Shown: positions 9,534-17,095 of the stretch, piece after piece
Layout of the letters: every line of letters starts with the position of its first letter
How positions within the stretch are numbered: position 1 is the stretch's first letter
Assembly: GCA_020343435.1 (NCBI GenBank)
Contig: CP070794.1
Span: 583,712 to 647,711 of the forward strand
Direction: 5' to 3'
Source of the DNA: an archaeon
GTDB lineage: Archaea; Nanobdellota; Nanobdellia; Pacearchaeales; UBA284
Length of the DNA: 64,000 bases
The notes under the pieces: model-generated
Database searches by the model: none
Told to the model about the DNA's origin: nothing
The model's input: the letters and a program-made list of their open reading frames with translations, nothing else
Made by a program: the position numbers and the translations under genes

Positions 9534-10644
9534 AACTATAGATTTTCAGAAGTTCTAAAGCAGATTTCTTCCAAGAGAATTTTTTAGATTGTTTTAAAGA
9601 TTTTTTAGATAATTCTTTTCTCATCTTACTACTCTTTAGAATTTTTTCTATTTTATTTGCAACATCTTTTGGATTTTTTTCATTTATCTCTAATCCAGCA
9701 TTACCAACAACTTCTTTCAAACTAGAATTCTTTCCACAAAGAACAGGTTTTCCACAAGCCATAGCTTCTAACAATGGTAAACCAAAACCCTCATAAATAG
9801 AAGTAAAGACAAAAATTTCACATAAATTAAAAATCATAGGCATATCTTTACCTTCAGCATATCCAATAATCTTAACTTTATCCCTAATTTTCAATTTTTT
9901 AATCAACTTATCAACCCTTTCTTTTTCATTTCTCCAACCATATCCACCAACAATAACTAATTTTTCATCAATTTTATCAGAAATTAAAGAATAAGCTTTA
10001 ATCAAACAAGAAAGGTTCTTTCTAGGTTCTATTGTGGATACATCTAATATAAATTTATCAGGGAGATTATATTTTTTCTTAATTTTTTCTTTAATATTTT
10101 TATTTTTTATTATTTTGAAAGATTCATCTCTTCCAGGGTAAATTACATAGACCTTTTTTCCATGAATTCTGAAGTATCTGATCAGATCTCTTTTAGTATT
10201 TTGAGAAATGGCAATAATAGCATTAGCTTTTCTTAAAACTCTTTTTAGAAAAAGTCTATAATAGATAGAACTCCTTTTTAAATGAGTGTGTGGTAAAACA
10301 ATTGGGGACAAATCATAAACAGTCATAATTCTTTTTGTATTATTTTTTACCATAAATGGCATAAATACGTTGAATTCATGTAAAATATCTAGATTTAATC
10401 TTTTTACAAATTTAGAGAGATGAAATAAATTCCTTAAACTTGTTTTCTTTCCAAAAAGAGAATAGGGAATGATAACCTCTTTAGCTTTTTTATACAATTT
10501 TTCATCATTTTTTTCAGAATGCAAAAGGAAAAATTGATTTTTCTTATTCAAATTCAGAATATTTTTTATTAAATGGTAAACATAGAAACTAATCCCAGTT
10601 TTTCTTTTCAAATCTATAGCATCACTAACTAACCCAATCTTCAT
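9526..10644 (-). CDS. Glycosyltransferase family 1
   Basis: It has GT-B architecture and the C-terminal motif 'FTSIYEGFGLPLLEAMACGKPV'. Confidence 0.8.
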   Translation of the reverse strand: MKIGLVSDAIDLKRKTGISFYVYHLIKNILNLNKKNQFFLLHSEKNDEKLYKKAKEVIIPYSLFGKKTSLRNLFHLSKFVKRLNLDILHEFNVFMPFMVKNNTKRIMTVYDLSPIVLPHTHLKRSSIYYRLFLKRVLRKANAIIAISQNTKRDLIRYFRIHGKKVYVIYPGRDESFKIIKNKNIKEKIKKKYNLPDKFILDVSTIEPRKNLSCLIKAYSLISDKIDEKLVIVGGYGWRNEKERVDKLIKKLKIRDKVKIIGYAEGKDMPMIFNLCEIFVFTSIYEGFGLPLLEAMACGKPVLCGKNSSLKEVVGNAGLEINEKNPKDVANKIEKILKSSKMRKELSKKSLKQSKKFSWKKSALELLKIYSSI

Positions 10645-11747
10645 TTTAATATCTCCTCATAAACTTTCTTAGTTTCATTTATTGTTTTATTCCAAGAAAA
10701 TTCTTTTCTAGTATTTTTTGCTATTTTTTTAGCAAAAGAATTCCTTTTCTTAGTGTTTTTTAATAAATTAATCATCTTTTTTGAAGCATCAGAGATATCT
10801 TTCGCTATGATACTAGATTTAACAACTTCTTTTGGGATGTGAGCATCTTGCATTGTGATAACAGGAATACCTAACGCTGCTGCTTCTATGATTGGCAATC
10901 CAAATCCATCAACTTCACTCGGATAAATAAACATATCAAAGCCTCCCATAACTTTGAGCCTTTCAGTTTCTTTCACAAACCCTTTGAAATAAACCTTACC
11001 ATGAGACATTTTTTTAATCTTTTCAATAAAGGCATTCCTTCGAACTTTACCATATATTTCTAATTTAGAATTTGGTAATTTTTCATTTACTTTATTAAAG
11101 ATCTTAATAGCCAAATCTGGTCTCTTACTTGGAACAATAGAAGTAAGAAAGCCAATAATAAATTCTCTCTTTTTTTTATGATTCTTGACTTTGGTTTTAA
11201 CAAATTCTTCTTTGATAGAAATAGGAATTACAGTAATCTTCCTTTCAGGAACCTTTAGATATTTAATTAAATCCTTTTTAGTTTGTTCAGATATTGAAAT
11301 AATGTGATCAACTTTCTTAACAGCTTTGCTAAAAAGCTTTTTCTGCATTCTAGCATAACCTCTACTCAGCATCCTTCTAGGACTAGTAACTGGAAAAAGA
11401 TCATAAAATGTTACAACACTTTTTTTATTCTTAATAGGAGAGAGAGGAACTAAACTTGGATTAAGATAATGAATTAAATCTGGAGAAAAACCTTTTTTTT
11501 GATAATTTTTATAACCTTTTCTTATCTTCTCAGGATTTTTGATAAGTCTTCTAATCGCATTTAAGAAAAGATACACTATTTTTTTAATAAAATCCCTATC
11601 ATAACCTTTTATTCCAACTTCAGAATATGTATCTATTACCCCAATATCAATTAACTTCTTGAATCCATCTATAAGTCCAACTTCATAATTACTTATTCCT
11701 TCTCCAATATCTCCCCTTATTTTCTCTCCTATAAACAAGACTCTCAT
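10641..11747 (-). CDS. Glycosyltransferase family 1
   Basis: It carries the 'YPSEVDGFGLPIIEAAALGIPVI' motif. It overlaps the downstream GT1 gene by 4 nt. Confidence 0.8.
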   Translation of the reverse strand: MRVLFIGEKIRGDIGEGISNYEVGLIDGFKKLIDIGVIDTYSEVGIKGYDRDFIKKIVYLFLNAIRRLIKNPEKIRKGYKNYQKKGFSPDLIHYLNPSLVPLSPIKNKKSVVTFYDLFPVTSPRRMLSRGYARMQKKLFSKAVKKVDHIISISEQTKKDLIKYLKVPERKITVIPISIKEEFVKTKVKNHKKKREFIIGFLTSIVPSKRPDLAIKIFNKVNEKLPNSKLEIYGKVRRNAFIEKIKKMSHGKVYFKGFVKETERLKVMGGFDMFIYPSEVDGFGLPIIEAAALGIPVITMQDAHIPKEVVKSSIIAKDISDASKKMINLLKNTKKRNSFAKKIAKNTRKEFSWNKTINETKKVYEEILK

Positions 11748-11827
11748 ATCTCTACTTACATCATAGAATTATTAAAGATTATGGTATAACTGGATAACTT
11801 TATAAATTTCAACCAATTTCCAGGATT

Positions 11828-12268
11828 ATGAAGATCCTTTTAGTAGCAGCATCTGGTGGACATGTAGAAGAGATACTTGGATTATGTAAACACTTGAAAG
11901 GACATGATATATCTTTCTTTACTTTTGATGATAGACATCTAAAGAGCTTAAAATATACCCAACATTTAACACAAGACCCAAGAAGAAATCCTCTAAAACT
12001 TTTGAAAATATTCTTCAAATCTCTTAAAATACTCAGTAAAGAAAAACCAGATGTAATAATCTCTACAGGAGGACAGATTTCAGCTATTATCGGAGTTTTA
12101 TCTAAACTATTCAAAACAAAGCTGATCTATATAGAGACCTCTTCAAGAATTACCTCACCATCCCAAACAGGAAAAATTCTTTATCCTTTCTCAGATCTTT
12201 TCATTGTTCAATGGAAACCTTTATTGAAAGTATACAAAAAAGCAAAGTATGGAGGTCTTTTAATATGA
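11828..12268 (+). CDS. Alg14-like (PssD/Cps14F-like) membrane-anchor subunit of a split UDP-sugar glycosyltransferase
   Basis: The 146-aa protein begins 'MKILLVAASGGHVEEILGL' and contains 'PDVIISTGGQIS', the N-terminal half of a GT28/MurG-type fold. It is coupled by an ATGA overlap to an Alg13-like ORF. Confidence 0.65.
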   Translation: MKILLVAASGGHVEEILGLCKHLKGHDISFFTFDDRHLKSLKYTQHLTQDPRRNPLKLLKIFFKSLKILSKEKPDVIISTGGQISAIIGVLSKLFKTKLIYIETSSRITSPSQTGKILYPFSDLFIVQWKPLLKVYKKAKYGGLLI

Positions 12269-12762
12269 TATTTGTAACAGTTGGAACAGATAAAACAGGA
12301 TTTAACAGATTAATAAAAAAGATAGATCAATTAGTTGGTTCTAGAAAAATAAAAGAAAAAGTAGTTATGAACATAGGTTATTCTAATTATATTCCTAAAA
12401 AAACAAAATACTTCAAAGTTATGGATAGGAATAGGTGGAATGATTATATGAAAAAAGCAGATATCATATTATGTCATGCTGGTACTGGTTCTCTTTTGTC
12501 TGCTATAAGGTTCAAAAGAAAAATAATCACAATCCCACGTTTACCAGAACATGGAGAAGTCTGTGATAATCATCAAATGGAGATAATTAAAGAATTAGAA
12601 AAAAGCAAACAAGTTTTAGCTTGTAGAGATCTAAACAAATTACCAGGATATATCAAAAAAGCAAAGAAATTCAGACCAAAGTTTCCAAATAAAAAAGCAA
12701 AGATTTTTTATTTGGTAAATCATTTTTTAAAAGATTTAGAAAATGGTAAAAAGGAACTATAA
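12265..12762 (+). CDS. Alg13-like (PssE/Cps14G-like) catalytic subunit, GT28 C-terminal domain
   Basis: The protein shows 'MIFVTVGTDKTGFNRL' and 'ADIILCHAGTGSLLSA'. I placed the start at ATG 12265, which overlaps the Alg14-like stop (ATGA), rather than at the track start 12211. Confidence 0.65.
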   Translation: MIFVTVGTDKTGFNRLIKKIDQLVGSRKIKEKVVMNIGYSNYIPKKTKYFKVMDRNRWNDYMKKADIILCHAGTGSLLSAIRFKRKIITIPRLPEHGEVCDNHQMEIIKELEKSKQVLACRDLNKLPGYIKKAKKFRPKFPNKKAKIFYLVNHFLKDLENGKKEL

Positions 12763-12773
12763 CAAAAATTTAA

Positions 12774-13478
12774 TTATTCTTTCTTGCACAAGATAATAAT
12801 CCCTTCTTTCATAGATAAAGGAACAAGATCATTAATCAACTTTCTTATTTTTTTATATCTTCCACCCTCCTCCCGAGATGTTCTTTTCACATTACCATAA
12901 TCAAAACCATCTAGGGCAACTATCTCAAATCTATTTATTTGCATCCAATGTTTTAATCCCGAATAAGTAAAAACACTTTTATGTTCTCCACCAAACCTCT
13001 CCCTCATAAATGGATTACCAATACAAGGGCCACCTGTTGAATGATAGTTGCTTGGAGAAAACCCAAGCAAAATAAAAAAACGATTGTAAATTGAAGCCAA
13101 GTTTGGAGTACTAATTAATAAATGGCCCCCTTCTTTTAAGCAGTGTCTCGCTCCCTCTATAAATTTTTCAGGAGAAAATAAATGTTCTAAAGTATCACAT
13201 AGAAAAATCAAATCAAAATAACCTTTCTTAAATTTTTTAGATAAATTTTCAACAGATCCAATAAATGGGTTGTGAACATTCGCCATTTCTTTTTTATTCA
13301 AATTCAAAGAAATAATCTTAGATTTTGGAAAAATTTTCTTAAGAAAATAATAAGAGTAATCTGTTCCTCCACCATCTAAAATCATATTTATTTTTTCTCT
13401 ATTTTTAAGATTTCTAAGAATTCTCTCTATTTTAGGATATTTTTTTATACCTGTTGGAGGAATGCATTCAATTTTCAT
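12774..13478 (-). CDS. Class I SAM-dependent methyltransferase
   Basis: 'ILDGGGTDYS' is motif I and 'DLIFLCDTLEHL' is motif II/III-like. The start is moved to ATG 13478, which lies 23 nt downstream of a TATA-like box; the first 29 codons of the track ORF look non-coding. Confidence 0.7.
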   Translation of the reverse strand: MKIECIPPTGIKKYPKIERILRNLKNREKINMILDGGGTDYSYYFLKKIFPKSKIISLNLNKKEMANVHNPFIGSVENLSKKFKKGYFDLIFLCDTLEHLFSPEKFIEGARHCLKEGGHLLISTPNLASIYNRFFILLGFSPSNYHSTGGPCIGNPFMRERFGGEHKSVFTYSGLKHWMQINRFEIVALDGFDYGNVKRTSREEGGRYKKIRKLINDLVPLSMKEGIIILCKKE

Positions 13479-13501
13479 TGTTTTTACCAAAATTAAAGAT
13501 A

Positions 13502-13509
13502 AATATAAA
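13502..13509 (-). promoter_or_regulatory. TATA-like box for the methyltransferase gene
   Basis: 'TTTATATT' on the minus strand lies 23 nt upstream of ATG 13478. Confidence 0.4.
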
Positions 13510-13598
13510 TCTTGTGGTCTCTGTATAATAATAGTTAAAAAAATCAAATATAGCCTCCAGATCAATAAATTTATAAGTTAAATTTAATAATTAGGCAT

Positions 13599-15053
13599 AT
13601 GAAAGTTTTGTTATTGAACCCCCCCTATCTACCTTATTACTCTAGGCAAAGTAGATCTCCCTGTGTAACTAAGAGTGGAACACTATACTATCCTTATTTT
13701 TTAGCTTATACTACAGGAATCTTAGATGAATTAGACTTTGATACCAAGTTACTTGATGCTGTTGTAAACAACCTTTCTCATGAAGAAACTATCAAAGAAG
13801 TAAAAAAATTCAATCCAGATCTGATAGTTATAGAAACAAGTACACCAAGTATAAAGAATGATATTTCTATAGCTAAAAAAATAAAAAGAGCACTTCCAAA
13901 ATCTCATGTTAATTTATTGGGGGTTCATGCAACAGCCTTGCCAGCAGAAACTCTAAAAGAGGCAGGCATAGTTGATTCAATATGTAGGGGAGAATATGAA
14001 TACACTGTAAGAGATCTTGCAATAGCGATAAAAGATAAAAAATCTTTAAATAAAATCTTAGGATTATCTTTTAAAAGAAAAAATAAAATAACTCATAATA
14101 AACCAAGACCTCTTTTAAGAGATATAGATAAATTACCTTTTGTTTCTAAAGTTTATAAAAAACATTTTGGAAAAGAAGGAATCAAGAAATATTTCTATTC
14201 TTCCTTAAGATGGCCACAAGTAACAATTCTAACTGCAAGAGGATGTCCCCACAACTGTACTTTCTGTAATTCCCCATTTAAGGGATCATATAGGCCAAGA
14301 AGTCCAGAGAATGTTGTTAAAGAGTTTCAATTCATAAAAAAAGAACTACCTTTTGTTAAAGAAATCATGATTGAAGATGAAACTTTTCCAGCATTAAAGA
14401 GAAGAACAATCAAAATATGTAAACTTTTAATAAAGAAAAAAGTAAAATTAAACTGGTCATGTAATGCTCGTGTAGACACAGATTTAGAAACCCTTAAAAT
14501 AATGAAAAGAGCAGGAGCAAGACTTTTATGTGTTGGTTTTGAGAGTGTTGAACAAAAATCTTTAGATGCTATTGGAAAAGGAACTAGCAAACATATACAA
14601 AACATATTTATTAAAAATATAAGAAAAGCAAAACTACTTGTTAATGGATGTTTTATTTTAGGATTACCTGGAGAAACTAAAGAAGATATCCAAAGAACAA
14701 TAGAATTTGCAAAAAAACTTAATCCGGACACTGCTCAATTCTATCCTTTAATGGTTTATCCAGGAACAGCTGCTTATGAATGGGCAAAAAAACAAAAATA
14801 TATCAAAACAGAAGATTATTCTAAATGGTTAACAAAGGAAGGACATCACAACACAGTTGTTTCAAGGTCAGGATTATCAAATAAAGAGCTTGTGGCCTTA
14901 TGCGACCTTGCTAGAAAGAATTTCTATTTAAGAGCATCTTATCTCATCCCAAAAATAGCCCAAATAATCTCAAATCCTCAAGAAGCAAAGAGAACACTTA
15001 AATCTGGAAAAACCTTTTTCCCCTATATGAAAAAAGTTTTACTTAAAAAATGA
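13599..15053 (+). CDS. B12-binding-domain radical SAM enzyme (class B), second copy
   Basis: 'MKVLLLNPP...' opens an N-terminal B12-like domain. The radical SAM motif 'GCPHNCTFC' follows. It overlaps the downstream GT2 gene through an ATGA junction. Confidence 0.8.
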   Translation: MKVLLLNPPYLPYYSRQSRSPCVTKSGTLYYPYFLAYTTGILDELDFDTKLLDAVVNNLSHEETIKEVKKFNPDLIVIETSTPSIKNDISIAKKIKRALPKSHVNLLGVHATALPAETLKEAGIVDSICRGEYEYTVRDLAIAIKDKKSLNKILGLSFKRKNKITHNKPRPLLRDIDKLPFVSKVYKKHFGKEGIKKYFYSSLRWPQVTILTARGCPHNCTFCNSPFKGSYRPRSPENVVKEFQFIKKELPFVKEIMIEDETFPALKRRTIKICKLLIKKKVKLNWSCNARVDTDLETLKIMKRAGARLLCVGFESVEQKSLDAIGKGTSKHIQNIFIKNIRKAKLLVNGCFILGLPGETKEDIQRTIEFAKKLNPDTAQFYPLMVYPGTAAYEWAKKQKYIKTEDYSKWLTKEGHHNTVVSRSGLSNKELVALCDLARKNFYLRASYLIPKIAQIISNPQEAKRTLKSGKTFFPYMKKVLLKK

Positions 15054-16045
15054 AAGTTTCAGTAATAATCCCCACATATAATTCTAAAGATACTCTAATC
15101 AAATGTCTAAATTCTTTGATTAAGCAAAATTATAGATCAAAATATGAGATTATTGTTATTGATGATGGATCTACTGATAAAACAGGAGAAGCTATCAAAA
15201 AAAATTTCAAAAAAAGTAAACTTATCAGATATTTTTCTCAAAAAAATAAAGGGCCAGCAGTTGCTAGAAACTTTGGTGCTAAAAAAGCAAAAGGGGAATT
15301 CATATTATTTACAGATGCTGATTGTGTTCCTGAGAAAAATTGGATAAAAAATATTACTTCCCCATTCAAAAATAAAAAAGTTGTGGGAGTCTCAGGATCT
15401 TATGGAAAAAACCTTAATAAAAAAAGTATAATTTCAAGATTAATTCATTTTGAGATTCTTGAAAGATATAAAAAATTAAAAAAACAAAAAGAAATTGATT
15501 TTATCTCTACATATTCTGCAGCATATAGGAGAAAAATTTTCTTAAAAACAAAAGGGTTTGATGAATCTTTCAAAAAACCAGCAGGAGAAGATACAGAACT
15601 TTCTTTTAAAATGCATAAATATGGGAAACTAATCTTTAAACCAGAAGCAAAAGTAGGGCATTTCCATAGAAGCGCCCTAACAAAATACATAAAACAAAAA
15701 TCAACAACAGGATTCTGGAGAGCAGATCTGTACATGAAACATTCTAATAAAATATTTAGACATTCCTTTACCCCCTTAAAAGATTATTTTGAATTAGCTC
15801 TTTTAGGATTAGCCTTTCTATTCTTAATCTTCTTTTTAATATCATTTAATACAGTTTTATTATACGTTTTTTTAGGATTCCTAATTGCTAGCATAGCTTG
15901 TTCTCTAAGAACTGTACTTAAAATAAAAGGAGATCCAGAATTAGCGATCTTAGCTCCTTTCATAATCCTTATAAGAAACTTCTTTTTAGGGTGGGGAGCT
16001 TTTGTGGGTTTCTTCAAAAAGAAAAGGAAATTAAATAACAAGTAG
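15050..16045 (+). CDS. Glycosyltransferase family 2 with C-terminal membrane helices
   Basis: 'VSVIIPTYNS', 'VIDDGSTD' and 'FTDADC' (DxD) are GT-A motifs. The C-terminal tail is hydrophobic. Confidence 0.8.
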   Translation: MKVSVIIPTYNSKDTLIKCLNSLIKQNYRSKYEIIVIDDGSTDKTGEAIKKNFKKSKLIRYFSQKNKGPAVARNFGAKKAKGEFILFTDADCVPEKNWIKNITSPFKNKKVVGVSGSYGKNLNKKSIISRLIHFEILERYKKLKKQKEIDFISTYSAAYRRKIFLKTKGFDESFKKPAGEDTELSFKMHKYGKLIFKPEAKVGHFHRSALTKYIKQKSTTGFWRADLYMKHSNKIFRHSFTPLKDYFELALLGLAFLFLIFFLISFNTVLLYVFLGFLIASIACSLRTVLKIKGDPELAILAPFIILIRNFFLGWGAFVGFFKKKRKLNNK

Positions 16046-17095
16046 AATTCCAATAATTACAAGGAGTATCTCTAACGTCCATAATGCCCAAACAACATCA
16101 GTTTCCCTAACCTTGTGATTTGGTTTTATCTTCTTAATAAATCTTAAAAAGAAATGTGTTAAACTATATATCTTCTTAGATTTTGGTTCTAAATATCCAT
16201 CTTTTGTTGGTCTTCCAAAGTTTTGAGCTTTAAACTTACTTCTCCATTTTAAAAATCCTTCAATTATAAATGGTATAAATAGGAATAACGCGAATTGTTC
16301 CATATTACCAAAAACAGCAAAACAAGCTACAAGCGCACCAATCCCAAACGTTAAACTATCTCCTGGGAAAACTTTCGCTGGGAATTTATTAAATATCAAA
16401 AATCCAATTAAAGCTAAAATTGCAATTGCAGCAATCAAAGCTAACCAAGGTTGTCCTGTTGCTAAAGCTAAAACACCAAAACCAGCAAACATTATTATCC
16501 CAAACCCTGTTTCTAATCCATTATATCCTGCTAAAAGATTAAATCCATTTGTTGCCCCAACAACAGCTATTGTAACAACTACTAAAGGATAAGCTAATCC
16601 AATCCAAACTTGTCCAAGAATAGGCAAACTAATAATATCAATACCAGCATTCATAACAACTAATGGGATTGCTGCTGGCAATGTGAATAACATTCTCTTC
16701 CAACCCCCAATCCCTCTTCCTTTTCTACCTAAAAATTCAGCAAATATTTCTTTATCTTTAGTAACTTTCATACTTAAAACATCATTAAAGAATCCAATTA
16801 ATGAAGCTACGATTACTGTAATTATTATAACAAAAAGTTCTGTAGATTGTGAAGAATTCTTAAAAACAAAAGTATTAAAGAATATGTAAACAAAAATAGC
16901 AGTTATGATTGCAACTATGGGCATCATCCCCCCAAAATCAGAAACCTCTCTTTTATCATACTTGTTCATATCTTTACCAAGTATTCCATTCCTTCTAGCC
17001 ATCCCAATCCAGTTTTTGGTAAAATCAAAACTAAGTAAAAAAGCAACAACTAAACAAATTACTAATATTAATCCGTTTATAAGCACATTTACCAT
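16031..17095 (-). CDS. aglH: UDP-GlcNAc:dolichyl-phosphate GlcNAc-1-phosphate transferase (AglH / Alg7 / WecA-MraY family)
   Basis: This polytopic membrane protein carries 'FNDVLSM', 'NGFNLLAGYNGLE' and 'FPGDSLTFGIG' PNPT-family motifs. Its start overlaps the aglB stop, so the two are likely co-transcribed. Confidence 0.8.
   Translation of the reverse strand: MVNVLINGLILVICLVVAFLLSFDFTKNWIGMARRNGILGKDMNKYDKREVSDFGGMMPIVAIITAIFVYIFFNTFVFKNSSQSTELFVIIITVIVASLIGFFNDVLSMKVTKDKEIFAEFLGRKGRGIGGWKRMLFTLPAAIPLVVMNAGIDIISLPILGQVWIGLAYPLVVVTIAVVGATNGFNLLAGYNGLETGFGIIMFAGFGVLALATGQPWLALIAAIAILALIGFLIFNKFPAKVFPGDSLTFGIGALVACFAVFGNMEQFALFLFIPFIIEGFLKWRSKFKAQNFGRPTKDGYLEPKSKKIYSLTHFFLRFIKKIKPNHKVRETDVVWALWTLEILLVIIGILLVI

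Noticed and set aside
11809-12114. 101-aa minus-strand ORF
   Set aside because: It is antisense to the Alg14-like gene, which has the better motif support and is translationally coupled to its partner.
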